Shown here piece by piece: positions 9,375-18,798 of a stretch of DNA of 64,000 nucleotides. Below the pieces are notes generated by a model. That model saw only the letters and a program-made list of their open reading frames with translations. It did not search any database and was not told the DNA's origin. The stretch is from Acutalibacteraceae bacterium (lineage in GTDB: Bacteria; Bacillota; Clostridia; Oscillospirales; Acutalibacteraceae), in NCBI GenBank assembly GCA_045577615.1, contig JAZNIT010000064.1, forward strand, positions 1,694 through 65,693. Direction: 5' to 3'. The translations under genes were made by a program, and so were the position numbers. Position 1 is the stretch's first letter; each line of letters begins with the position of its first letter.

Positions 9375-10769
9375 TTATACGGGGTGAACTTTAGAGTCCA
9401 TATCAAGATGTGCACCGTCAATTCCGAGCTTTTTGTTACGTCTTGACTCGAAATACTTAACAGCAACCTGACCAAACTGTGCATAGGACAAAACGTCTTC
9501 GTCCTGCTCAGTCCAGGGCTTGCATTCCTCACGAAGCTTATCAAGCTCGGGCTCAATAAGATCTGCAGGACGGCAATCGATAGGCTCTTCATCGCCGATA
9601 ATCTTTTTGCGGAACTCAGGATCAATCTCAACGGGAGTACGGCCGTACTCACCGCGAACAATACCCTTAAACTCCTTAGTAACCATCTTATAGCGCTCAC
9701 CGGTGATTACATTATATACGGCCTGAGTACCAACAATTTGTGAAGAAGGAGTAACAAGAGGAGGATAACCGCAATCAGCACGAACACGCGGAACCTCGGC
9801 TAAAACATCACCAAGCTGATCTTCCTTGCCTGCTTGCTTAAGCTGGCTCAAAAGGTTTGAAAGCATACCGCCGGGAACCTGATAAATGAGAGATTTTGCA
9901 TCTACGCCAAGCATCTTGGGATTGAGCAAACCGCTATCAATATACTTTTGACGAAGATTTACAAAATATTTGCTTACCTCGTCAAGCTTTTCAAGATCGA
10001 GACCGGTATCAAACTCAGTGCCTTGGAATGCTGCAACCATTGACTCGGTAGCAGGATGAGAAGTACCAAGTGCAAGAGGAGCCATAGCGGTATCAACAAT
10101 ATCAGCGCCTGCTTCAACAGCCTTCATCAATACCATAGATGCAAGACCTGCGGTATAGTGAGAGTGAATTTGAACGGGGACATCAACGGTTTCTTTGATG
10201 CACTTAACAAGATCATAGGTACCATAGGGAGTGAGCAAACCAGCCATATCCTTAATACAGATAGAATCAGCGCCTGCTTCAACAATCTTCTTTGCATAGT
10301 CTGCATAATAATCAAGAGTAAACACAGGACCGGTAGTATAGGATACAGCTACCTGAGCATGTGCGCCCTCTTTTTTAGCAGCCTTGATTGCAGTCTGAAG
10401 ATTACGAATGTCATTAAGAGCGTCGAAAATACGAATGATATCGATGCCGTTTGCAACAGACTTCTGAACAAAATATTCAAGAACATCATCAGCATAATGA
10501 CGATATCCAAGCATATTTTGACCACGGAAAAGCATTTGAAGCTTAGTGTTAGGACAAGCCTCACGGATAGTTCTCAAACGCTGCCAGGGATCTTCGTCCA
10601 AAAAGCGCAAACAAGAGTCAAAGGTTGCGCCACCCCAACACTCCAAAGAATGGAAGCCAATTTTATCAAGTTGTTCAAGAATAGGCTTCATCTCTTCAGT
10701 TGACATGCGGGTTGCAAGCAAGGATTGATGCGCGTCACGAAGTATGGTTTCAGTAATTTTTACAGCCAT
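9375..10769 (-). CDS. Carboxyltransferase 5S-type subunit (oxaloacetate decarboxylase alpha / pyruvate carboxylase subunit B-like, without a biotinyl domain)
   Basis: 464 aa. N-terminal TIM-barrel signature ITETILRDAHQSL...ECWGGATFD. No fused biotin domain, since the BCCP is a separate gene. Confidence 0.88.
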   Translation of the reverse strand: MAVKITETILRDAHQSLLATRMSTEEMKPILEQLDKIGFHSLECWGGATFDSCLRFLDEDPWQRLRTIREACPNTKLQMLFRGQNMLGYRHYADDVLEYFVQKSVANGIDIIRIFDALNDIRNLQTAIKAAKKEGAHAQVAVSYTTGPVFTLDYYADYAKKIVEAGADSICIKDMAGLLTPYGTYDLVKCIKETVDVPVQIHSHYTAGLASMVLMKAVEAGADIVDTAMAPLALGTSHPATESMVAAFQGTEFDTGLDLEKLDEVSKYFVNLRQKYIDSGLLNPKMLGVDAKSLIYQVPGGMLSNLLSQLKQAGKEDQLGDVLAEVPRVRADCGYPPLVTPSSQIVGTQAVYNVITGERYKMVTKEFKGIVRGEYGRTPVEIDPEFRKKIIGDEEPIDCRPADLIEPELDKLREECKPWTEQDEDVLSYAQFGQVAVKYFESRRNKKLGIDGAHLDMDSKVHPV

Positions 10770-10780
10770 ATTTACACTCC

Positions 10781-11188
10781 TTATGCCAATGAAACAAGGC
10801 CTGCACCAGAATCAACAGTATCGCCCTGCTTAACAAGAACAGCAGCAACAGTTGCATCGTGGGGAGCTTTAATCTCATTTTCCATTTTCATTGCTTCAAG
10901 AACAAGCAATACATCGCCAGCCTTAACAGCGTCGCCGGCGTTTACCTTAACACTGAGAATGGTGCCGGGCATGGGGCTAGAGATGGTCTCGCTGCCGGTT
11001 GCAGCAGGAGCGGGAGCAGCTGCAGGAGCGGGAGCAGCTGCAGGAGCGGGAGCAGGTGCGGGTGCAGCGGCAGGAGCAGGAGCGGGAGCAGGTGCGGGTG
11101 CAGCAACGGGAGCTGATGCAACAGAACCGGTTTCTTCAACCATAACGTCGTATGTTTTACCATTTACGGTGATTTTAAGCTGTTTCAT
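10781..11188 (-). CDS. Biotin carboxyl carrier protein (1.3S-like)
   Basis: 135 aa with an Ala-Pro linker and the biotinylation motif EAMKMEN. Confidence 0.9.
   Translation of the reverse strand: MKQLKITVNGKTYDVMVEETGSVASAPVAAPAPAPAPAPAAAPAPAPAPAAAPAPAAAPAPAATGSETISSPMPGTILSVKVNAGDAVKAGDVLLVLEAMKMENEIKAPHDATVAAVLVKQGDTVDSGAGLVSLA
11001..11105. repeat. Imperfect tandem repeat encoding the BCCP Ala-Pro linker
   Basis: The 18-nt unit gcaggagcgggagcagct repeats about 3 times, followed by longer related units. Encodes (AP)n/(AAAP)n. Confidence 0.8.
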
Positions 11189-11210
11189 AATTTTAATCTA
11201 CCTTTCTTAA

Positions 11211-12527
11211 TTAAAATGACAGTACAACGTGCTTTTTATCAAGAGTAGTAACACGCTTAGAAGCCAAAATGTCCAATGAGTTAAGCAATCTCTCGTAGAT
11301 GTCAGAAGCAGTTACTACATCATCGATTGCTCCGATTGAAGCTACTGCCTGTGCAGAAGCATAATTTGCGATATAATCATTAAGAACTGAGTTCTTATCT
11401 TCGCCTGAAAGAATTCTATCGTTGTAAATAATAGTTGATGCAGCCTCTGGTGCAAGAGCAGAAACCACGGCGTTATCAAGTGCTAAAACTGTGTCGGCAC
11501 CCGATGCCTTACCTGCAAAGGTCATAAATGCAGGGCCGTATGCTTTACCTGCAATAACTGCAATCTTAACGGTTGTTGCGTTGGCGTACGCCTTAGTAAG
11601 CACAGCGGCAGCCTTAGCATTGCCATCAAGCTCACTGTCAACAGTAACCTCATAGCCAACAGTATCAACAAGTGTTACAACGGGAATTGAGAAGGCATCG
11701 CAAATGCTGACAAAAGAAGCTATCTTTGAGCAATCGTTAGCAGTAAGAGTGCCGTAAGCGGCAACAACGCCTACGCTTGAGCCTGCAATTCGGCCGAAAG
11801 CAGTAACTGAATCAGTACCGAAACCTTTGCGAATTTCAATAATGCTGTCTTCATCACAAACTGCCATTACAGCATCCATTGCATTGTCTGCAGGGAATGC
11901 TTTTGTTGCAGGAATGCAGTTGAATTCAGCAGGGCAAGCAATATTATTAGCGGGTAAATATGCAAGAAGGTCGCGAGCTGCTGCAACAGCATCAAGATCG
12001 CTGTCGCAAGCAATATGAGCAGTACCGTTAGCTACAGCGGCATCGGCATTGCCAACCTTGTCGCCAAGCAAAGAAGGAGCAGTTACAAAAAGCTCACCAT
12101 TTGCAGACATAATCACAACATCAGAGCACTGTGCCCATACAGCAGCAGATGCGGCACAAGTGCCTGCAACAACAGCTACCTGAGGAACAACGCCCGACAA
12201 ACGGTCAGCTGCACAAATCAACTCAGAAAAAGCAGAAACAGCCTCAACACCATCTGTCAACTTAGCACCGTTAGAATCAAAAATAGCTACTACGGGGCAA
12301 CCAATCTTCTCTGCAAGAGCGTATGCTCTGCCAATCTTTTCGGCTTGCTTAGCGCACATTGCTGCTCCATCAGACTCAACATTCTGTGAAAATGCACAGC
12401 AAGGAGTTCCGTTAACCATACCGTAAGCAACAACTACTTGGTCATTACCGAGGCGATCAATCTCGGTAAAAGCGCCATCGTCAAACAGCGCCTGAACTCG
12501 CTTAATTGCCAGCGTATCAACACTCAT
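11211..12527 (-). CDS. Carboxyl transferase domain protein (divergent 12S / acyl-CoA carboxylase beta-like)
   Basis: 438 aa with a two-lobed carboxyltransferase layout. It is shorter than typical family members and differs at motifs I recall as conserved (see findings). Confidence 0.75.
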   Translation of the reverse strand: MSVDTLAIKRVQALFDDGAFTEIDRLGNDQVVVAYGMVNGTPCCAFSQNVESDGAAMCAKQAEKIGRAYALAEKIGCPVVAIFDSNGAKLTDGVEAVSAFSELICAADRLSGVVPQVAVVAGTCAASAAVWAQCSDVVIMSANGELFVTAPSLLGDKVGNADAAVANGTAHIACDSDLDAVAAARDLLAYLPANNIACPAEFNCIPATKAFPADNAMDAVMAVCDEDSIIEIRKGFGTDSVTAFGRIAGSSVGVVAAYGTLTANDCSKIASFVSICDAFSIPVVTLVDTVGYEVTVDSELDGNAKAAAVLTKAYANATTVKIAVIAGKAYGPAFMTFAGKASGADTVLALDNAVVSALAPEAASTIIYNDRILSGEDKNSVLNDYIANYASAQAVASIGAIDDVVTASDIYERLLNSLDILASKRVTTLDKKHVVLSF

Positions 12528-12596
12528 TTTAATACCTCCATTAAAAATGAAAAATTTAACATAATATTATCACAATATTTTACAAAGAGCAAGTAT

Positions 12597-12992
12597 TTAT
12601 CCTTTATTCTTACAGTTTGTACACATTGTGAAAGTACGGATAATATTTACAGAAGTTTCTGTTGAATTTTTAATAAATCCAAAAGCAACAAATTCTGCAA
12701 AAGGCGCCTTCTCTCCTAATTCGCAATACAATGCACCACGATTTACGCCGTAGTTCATCACTGCGCGAGAAGTAAGGTCGCAAATATATAAATCCTTTTT
12801 AGGATATATAACCGAAAGCAAAGTCAGTTCTGTACTAATTAATGAAAACACGGCAGAACCAACTTTTTCATCATTTTCTATAGCAACAACTGCATTGGCA
12901 CCCTCGCACAAATCAATGCCATGTTCATTAAACAAAGATTCAATTTCTTCTTGATTTTTTGCGGGAGTTACCCTTACCATTACATTTTCCAC
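12597..12992 (-). CDS. Hypothetical protein (possibly a degenerate GNAT-like fold)
   Basis: 131-aa ORF that overlaps the rluB 3' end and carries a C-terminal CTNC. I see no recognisable catalytic motif. Confidence 0.4.
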   Translation of the reverse strand: MENVMVRVTPAKNQEEIESLFNEHGIDLCEGANAVVAIENDEKVGSAVFSLISTELTLLSVIYPKKDLYICDLTSRAVMNYGVNRGALYCELGEKAPFAEFVAFGFIKNSTETSVNIIRTFTMCTNCKNKG

Positions 12993-13740
12993 CTTTATCT
13001 AAATTATCGTAATCGGTTTTGGTTGCGTTAACGATCAGTTTTTTAACCTCTTGTTCAGTAAGCAGTCGCCACTTACCTTGAGGGAGCATACCCAATTTGA
13101 GGGTGTCAATAGCAATTCGCTTAAGTCGGGCAACCTGCAAGCCAACCGCCTCGCACAAACGTCTGATTTCACGATTGCGACCTTCATACAAAACGAATCG
13201 AAGCACTACCCTGCTTTCTTCTTTTTCAATAATTTCAACCTCGCAGGGCGCTGTGCATCTTCCATCAATTTCGATACCGCAAGCAATTTTTTCAAGCATT
13301 TGCTCGGTTACAGGCGGTCGAACAGTAACACGATATGTTTTAGAAACGTGAGTACGCGGATGCATCATAAGGTTAGAAAATTCACCATCATTGGTCATAA
13401 GCAGCATACCCTCTGAATCTCGGTCAAGTCGACCGACAGGATAAACCTTTTGAGGGGCTTCGCTAACCAAATCTGCAACACACTTTCTCCCCTGTTCATC
13501 AGACATAGTGGTGATAAATCCACGGGGCTTGTGCAGCATAATATATACTTTTTCATCAACCTTTTTGACAGGTCTTCCTTTTACCGCAACCTTATCTTTA
13601 AAGGGATCAACCTTGTCACCTAAAATCGCAGTTACTCCGTTAATTTTAACCGAGCCTGCCAAAATAAGTTCTTCTGATTTTCTGCGGGATGCAACGCCGC
13701 ATTCTGATAAAAACTTTTGTAATCTTACACTCTTAGCCAT
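12940..13740 (-). CDS. rluB: Pseudouridine synthase, RsuA/RluB family
   Basis: N-terminal S4 domain, catalytic VGRLDRDSEGMLL motif and a basic C-terminal tail. Confidence 0.85.
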   Translation of the reverse strand: MAKSVRLQKFLSECGVASRRKSEELILAGSVKINGVTAILGDKVDPFKDKVAVKGRPVKKVDEKVYIMLHKPRGFITTMSDEQGRKCVADLVSEAPQKVYPVGRLDRDSEGMLLMTNDGEFSNLMMHPRTHVSKTYRVTVRPPVTEQMLEKIACGIEIDGRCTAPCEVEIIEKEESRVVLRFVLYEGRNREIRRLCEAVGLQVARLKRIAIDTLKLGMLPQGKWRLLTEQEVKKLIVNATKTDYDNLDKGGKCNGKGNSRKKSRRN

Positions 13741-13749
13741 AATACCTCT

Positions 13750-14910
13750 TTAAGCGGATAACAACCGCCCAAACCAATATAAAACATTTTTGTTTCTGTT
13801 ATTGCTGCAAACGCTGACATCTTTAGCCGCAACACAGTCAACCTTTTTAATAACCTTATTATTAACATAAATAGAAATTGAGCCCAGTTTTTCACCCTTA
13901 ATTATAGGAGCAAAAGATTCTTTCACAAAATCCATTTTATAAGTTAGTTTATCAAATTCAGCATCAGGCAGAGAAATATTCACTTTATCAACAAAAAGTG
14001 ATACTTTATCGTCATCTCCACCTATAACATTAACATCTTTAAGATGGCTTGATAAATCAATTTGTCGCGTTGTTAAAATGTTTTGTCCATAATCAAGCAG
14101 TTTAATATGATCATTCCAATCGTCGGGCGCATTTAGTGTAACCGCAATTACTCGCTTGTTGCCATCTTCCGCACAACTGACTAAACAACGACCTGATTTT
14201 TTTGTAAACCCCGTCTTAACGCCCACACAGTTATCATACATTTGCAAAAGCCTATTATGATTTCTAATAGTGCGTTTATAAGGCGGATTACCAAATTCAA
14301 GCCGCGCCGTTTCGCACTTACAAGCATCTGCAAAATATGGATTTTTCATTGCTTCACAAGTAAGCAATGCCATGTCGTAAGCTGTTGAATAATGATTGTC
14401 ATCATCCAACCCGGACGGAGTAACAAAATTAGTGTTGTTCATACCGATTGCTTTAGCACGCTCATTCATTAGCTTTGCAAAATTTTCAAAGCTACCACCA
14501 ATAGAAAGTGCAATGGCGTTGGCCGCATCATTACCCGATGCAAGCATCAATCCGTAAAGCAAATCGTGATAACTGACTAAATCACCACTGAGAAGTCCCA
14601 TTGAAGAGCCTTCTACCCTAACCATCCGATCGGTTACAGTGATGGTCTTGCTCAAATCAGGTTGCTCGCACAAAATAAGCGCAGTCATAATTTTAGTTGT
14701 GCTGGCCATTGATGCACGCTGATGCTCATTATTACCGTATAACACCGCACCTGACGTTGCCTCAACAAGCACTGCATATTTAGCTGACACACCACCATTA
14801 TTGAGTGCAAAAACTTCTGTACAACAGGTAAAAAGCAAACCAAATATAGCAACTATCGAAACAATTCTTTTAATCAAACCGATCCCCCACATATTTATAT
14901 AATATAACAA
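13750..14910 (-). CDS. dacB: D-alanyl-D-alanine carboxypeptidase (S11)
   Basis: SxxK (STTK), SGN and KTG motifs plus a signal/TM N-terminus. Synteny with scpAB and rluB as in Bacillus. Start uncertain: TTG at 14910 or ATG at 14892. Confidence 0.8.
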   Translation of the reverse strand: MLYYINMWGIGLIKRIVSIVAIFGLLFTCCTEVFALNNGGVSAKYAVLVEATSGAVLYGNNEHQRASMASTTKIMTALILCEQPDLSKTITVTDRMVRVEGSSMGLLSGDLVSYHDLLYGLMLASGNDAANAIALSIGGSFENFAKLMNERAKAIGMNNTNFVTPSGLDDDNHYSTAYDMALLTCEAMKNPYFADACKCETARLEFGNPPYKRTIRNHNRLLQMYDNCVGVKTGFTKKSGRCLVSCAEDGNKRVIAVTLNAPDDWNDHIKLLDYGQNILTTRQIDLSSHLKDVNVIGGDDDKVSLFVDKVNISLPDAEFDKLTYKMDFVKESFAPIIKGEKLGSISIYVNNKVIKKVDCVAAKDVSVCSNNRNKNVLYWFGRLLSA

Positions 14911-14941
14911 ATAAATATGCGAGAAAGCATGTTAATATCTT

Positions 14942-15322
14942 TTATTTCTGCTCTTCGCTGTCCTTCTTGAACAAAGCAGTAATTTTATCAACCAGCTCAG
15001 GAAGCATAGCAACAGCCTTATCAGCTGCATCAGGCTTGCTGCTGACCTGCATCATTCTTACATCAGAGCCTTTAACAACCAAAAATGCAGTGGGAGAAAT
15101 AGTCATACCTGCGCCACCGCCGCCACCAAAAGCAGCTTGTCCGTTTTTAACGGGAAAATCGGAGCCACCTGAAGCAAATCCGTATGAAACCTTTGAAATA
15201 GGAATGATAGTAACATCATCGCCTGCAACAATAGGCTTACCGATAATGGTATCAGCGTCGCACATAGCGCGAACCTTATCCATAGTAACATCCAAAATAC
15301 CTTTGATAGAATTTTCGCTCAT
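14942..15322 (-). CDS. ytfJ: Sporulation protein YtfJ (GerW family)
   Basis: ISKVSYGFASGGSDFP...GGGGGAGM signature. The ATG at 15322 follows GGAGGG. Confidence 0.8.
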   Translation of the reverse strand: MSENSIKGILDVTMDKVRAMCDADTIIGKPIVAGDDVTIIPISKVSYGFASGGSDFPVKNGQAAFGGGGGAGMTISPTAFLVVKGSDVRMMQVSSKPDAADKAVAMLPELVDKITALFKKDSEEQK

Positions 15323-15339
15323 TTTCAAACCCTCCGTAC

Positions 15340-15939
15340 TTATTGTTCAGTTTCAGAATCAGTTAAAACCTCAACCGATTCATCTTTAGATTTAGAAGTG
15401 TTATTAGTATCTTCAGCAGATTCACCCTCGCGCTCGGGAAGCGGAGGCAACTGCTGCAAAGACTCTAAAGAAAAACAACGCAAAAAGCGCTCTGTAGTGC
15501 CGTAAATCAAAGGTCGACCGGGAAGCTCAAGGCGACCCTTTTCTTCAATCAGATCCTTTTCAACCAAGGATGACATAACGCCTGAACAATCAACGCCTCT
15601 CACTTGTTCAACAAATGATTTGGTAACAGGCTGATTATATGCAACAACCGCTAAAACCTCAAAGGCCGCTTGTGATAAAGGTGTGTTGCGCTGAATTTCA
15701 AGCATTTTTCGAATGTTTGCTGCAAACTCAGGCTTTGTAGTCAATTGCCAACTACTATTGATCTTAATAATAGACAATGCACTATCGCGTTGTTCATAAT
15801 CTTCATTGAGTTTTTCTGCTGCAGCCTCTACTTGCTTGGGTTTGCATTCCAATATCTCGCAAACTCTGTCCGTAGGAAGCGGATTACCCGAAGCAAACAA
15901 AAGTGCCTCAAACTCTTTTTTTATTTCATTCTGCGTCAT
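15340..15939 (-). CDS. scpB: Segregation and condensation protein B
   Basis: ScpB-like sequence downstream of and overlapping scpA. Start chosen at MTQNEIKKEF. Confidence 0.85.
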   Translation of the reverse strand: MTQNEIKKEFEALLFASGNPLPTDRVCEILECKPKQVEAAAEKLNEDYEQRDSALSIIKINSSWQLTTKPEFAANIRKMLEIQRNTPLSQAAFEVLAVVAYNQPVTKSFVEQVRGVDCSGVMSSLVEKDLIEEKGRLELPGRPLIYGTTERFLRCFSLESLQQLPPLPEREGESAEDTNNTSKSKDESVEVLTDSETEQ

Positions 15940-16651
15940 TTTCAGGCACCTCCGCGCACATTGATATAGACAAATCATTACCATCGCCGTCAGCTTTTAC
16001 TCGGCGAGTTTTAATAAGTTCAAGAACAGCCAAAAATGTAGCAACAAGCTCGCTTCGGCTTTCAGCCTTTTCAAACAATGATGAGAACCTTACTTTTATA
16101 TTATTGCGCAAATTTCTAAGCACATAAACAACTTTGCTTGATACTGAAACAATCTTTTTAGCAACAAGAGGAGTGAATGTTTCTGCAGGAGGCGGTAATT
16201 TTCTCATACCTCGACCGACCGCATTCATATATGCCACTACCAGCTCGTTAGATTCATGACTTCTGCGATAATTCTTGTTTATCGGCACGTTGGCCTGCTG
16301 TCTGACAAATCGGTTAAAGCCCTCCGTCATAGTTGACAGACGCTGCGCCATCTCCTTGCACACCTTATACTCAAGCAGCTCACCCGAAAGCTCAGCGCGT
16401 GGATCGACATCGTCGTCATACTTTGGCAGCAGCATAGCTGACTTAATATAAACAAGTCGCGCAGCCATTTCTAAAAATTCACTTGCAACATCCATATTGT
16501 TTTCTTTAAACAATTCGATCTGCTGCATATACTGACTAAGCAATTCGGTTATATTGATGTCATAGATATTCATTTTATTTTTGGATATAAGAGTCAGCAA
16601 TAAATCCAACGGACCCTCAAAATCCGCCACTTTATAGCAGATGCCATCCAT
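15926..16651 (-). CDS. scpA: Segregation and condensation protein A
   Basis: 241 aa with an FEGPLDLLLTLI N-terminal motif. Confidence 0.88.
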   Translation of the reverse strand: MDGICYKVADFEGPLDLLLTLISKNKMNIYDINITELLSQYMQQIELFKENNMDVASEFLEMAARLVYIKSAMLLPKYDDDVDPRAELSGELLEYKVCKEMAQRLSTMTEGFNRFVRQQANVPINKNYRRSHESNELVVAYMNAVGRGMRKLPPPAETFTPLVAKKIVSVSSKVVYVLRNLRNNIKVRFSSLFEKAESRSELVATFLAVLELIKTRRVKADGDGNDLSISMCAEVPENDAE

Positions 16652-16676
16652 AATAAATACCTCAAACTAAATAGAA

Positions 16677-17363
16677 TTAATAAAACAAGCTAAAAGGAAG
16701 CGACGCAATCGTGCTCAAAGCATTCATAATACCCTCAACAGCAAAAGTAAAGGGTTTATCAAGCACACCAACAATTATAGCAGCAAATACAACATAATAA
16801 AGTATATTTCCGTAACGCTCCATAAACATAGCAACCCGTGAGCCGGTCAAAGACATAAGCACCTTTGAACCGTCAAGAGGAGGTACTGGAATCAAATTAA
16901 ACACTGCAAGTGAAACGTTAATTACTGCAGCATAATACAAAATAAGCATAATAACATTTGCAACATCTGAATAACCGAACAAACCGGTACCGATAAAATT
17001 AAATATGAACAGTAACACAAACGACATAAGAATGTTGGCTAATGGGCCGGCAAGTGAAACCAACGCAATGTCACGACGGGGTTTAGAAAAATTATAATAA
17101 TTAACAGGAACAGCCTTAGCATATCCAAAGCCGACCAAAAGAATCATTAGTGCTCCCAAATAGTCGATATGTGCCAATGGATTAAGTGTAAGTCTGCCGT
17201 AAGATCTGGCTGTCCTGTCACCTAATTTATCGGCAACAAAAGCATGAGCAAATTCATGAAAAGGTAAACAAACAAAGATAACAATCAATGAAGAAACAAT
17301 TGAAGAGATTAGGTTTATCCAGCTAAATGAACCGGCATTTAAAACATCTAACAACACAATCAA
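16677..17363 (-). CDS. Site-2 protease family (M50) membrane metalloprotease
   Basis: HEFAHA zinc motif, polytopic. Non-ATG start, exact start uncertain. Confidence 0.75.
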   Translation of the reverse strand: MIVLLDVLNAGSFSWINLISSIVSSLIVIFVCLPFHEFAHAFVADKLGDRTARSYGRLTLNPLAHIDYLGALMILLVGFGYAKAVPVNYYNFSKPRRDIALVSLAGPLANILMSFVLLFIFNFIGTGLFGYSDVANVIMLILYYAAVINVSLAVFNLIPVPPLDGSKVLMSLTGSRVAMFMERYGNILYYVVFAAIIVGVLDKPFTFAVEGIMNALSTIASLPFSLFY

Positions 17364-17470
17364 ACACCACCAAAATTATAAAAATGCGCATTATACCTCA
17401 ATATAAGTATCATTATATAATCTTTATATTAAAAAAGCAAGATTTTTATTGTAAAATAAAAGGCAAACAC

Positions 17471-17504
17471 AAAAAAATAACCCCAAGTCAAATGACTTGG
17501 GGTT
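17471..17504 (-). terminator. Rho-independent terminator after the tRNA operon
   Basis: AACCCCAAGTC/GACTTGGGGTT stem followed by a T-run on the minus strand. Confidence 0.75.
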
Positions 17505-17580
17505 TGGAGCGGATTACGAGGCTCGAACTCGCTACCTCCACCTTGGCAAGGTGGCGCTCTACCAGATGAGCTAAATCCGC
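17505..17580 (-). tRNA. tRNA-Gly (GCC)
   Basis: Cloverleaf folded by hand. Anticodon loop TTGCCAA, encoded CCA. Confidence 0.9.
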
Positions 17581-17585
17581 AGATA

Positions 17586-17661
<76 letters not shown>

Positions 17662-17664
17662 AAG

Positions 17665-17741
17665 TGGCGACCTGGATGGGGCTCGAACCCACGACCTCTA
17701 GCGTGACAGGCTAGCGTTCTAACCAGCTGAACTACCAGGCC
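17665..17741 (-). tRNA. tRNA-Asp (GTC)
   Basis: Anticodon stem CTAGC/GCTAG, loop CTGTCAC, encoded CCA. Confidence 0.9.
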
Positions 17742-17746
17742 ACTAA

Positions 17747-17822
17747 TGGTGGGAACAACAGGGCTCGAACCTGTGACCCTCTGCTTGTAAGGCAGATGCT
17801 CTCCCAGCTGAGCTATGCTCCC
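17747..17822 (-). tRNA. tRNA-Val (TAC)
   Basis: Anticodon stem TCTGC/GCAGA, loop CTTACAA, encoded CCA. Confidence 0.9.
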
Positions 17823-17875
17823 ATCTCTGGTAAAGCCGCGTCGTGAAAATCAGTTACTCACTGGCGACAAATGGT

Positions 17876-17904
17876 ATATTACTACATCCCGATTGAAATG
17901 TCAA
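17876..17904 (-). promoter_or_regulatory. Sigma-A type promoter of the tRNA operon
   Basis: TTGACA, 17 nt, TAATAT on the minus strand, about 50 nt upstream of tRNA-Val. Confidence 0.6.
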
Positions 17905-17913
17905 TACCTTTTT

Positions 17914-18798
17914 TTAAATTTTTTTAATTTTTTTATCAATTAGTTTTTTTACCTCATCAGATGTGAATTTATAGGTTGTATTACAGAAGTGACAACACAC
18001 CTCTGTTACCTCTTGTTCACGAGCAATTTTTTCCAACTCATCAACCGACAAAGATGAAATAACTCGTTCTGTTCTTTCTCTTGAACAGTCGCACTTATAC
18101 TCGGCTGTAGATTCGTCAAGCAACTCAACCTCAAACTCACTAAGTGCATCTTTAACTATTTCTTCAAGTGTCATACCCTTATCCATAAGAACAGTTATAG
18201 GGTGAACACCTTGAATACTTTTTTCAACCTTGGTTATAATCTCGTCGTCAGCGGTGGGCAACAATTGAATAATATAACCACCGGCAACCTTAACCGTAAG
18301 GTCGGGATTAACCAACACGCCCAAAGCACAAACAGTCGGTATCTGCTCACTTGTTGCAAAATATGATGTAATATCCTCGGCTATCTCGCCTGAAACCAGA
18401 GGAACAACACCAATATAAGGCTCTTTCATGCCTACATCTTTAACAACGCTGAGCTCACCTCTGCCAATAGCACCGCCAACATCAAGCTTGCCGTTAGGCT
18501 TCAAAGGAATCTCAACTACAGGTTCATATGGGCAGCATTTAACATTGCCATTGGCATCACCAACAGCACTTATCATACGGGCAGGCCCGTCACCGCTGAT
18601 ACGCAATGTAACGCTGCCGTTTTCACTTTTAAGAGCGCTACCCATCATTGCTGCTGCAGTGAGCATACGACCCATAGCGGCAGTAATAACCGCACTGGTG
18701 CAATGTATGCCTTCAGCCTTGCTTACAATATCGGTTGAATCGATAGCCATTGCAGTAACGCAGCCATCGGTGGTTATGCATCTGATAATTCTTCCCAT
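17914..18798 (-). CDS. hslO: Redox-regulated chaperone Hsp33
   Basis: 294 aa with the C-terminal zinc centre CDCS...CHFC. Confidence 0.9.
   Translation of the reverse strand: MGRIIRCITTDGCVTAMAIDSTDIVSKAEGIHCTSAVITAAMGRMLTAAAMMGSALKSENGSVTLRISGDGPARMISAVGDANGNVKCCPYEPVVEIPLKPNGKLDVGGAIGRGELSVVKDVGMKEPYIGVVPLVSGEIAEDITSYFATSEQIPTVCALGVLVNPDLTVKVAGGYIIQLLPTADDEIITKVEKSIQGVHPITVLMDKGMTLEEIVKDALSEFEVELLDESTAEYKCDCSRERTERVISSLSVDELEKIAREQEVTEVCCHFCNTTYKFTSDEVKKLIDKKIKKI

Noticed and set aside
11001-11105. A short tandem repeat that might have been a CRISPR-like array
   Set aside because: The units are contiguous with no spacers, lie in frame inside the BCCP gene, and encode the Ala-Pro linker. 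I saw no CRISPR array anywhere in the window.
10725-11210. 161-aa plus-strand ORF with a GAGAAAGAGA repeat
   Set aside because: It is the antisense reading of the BCCP Ala-Pro linker repeat. The minus-strand gene carries the AMKM biotinylation motif.
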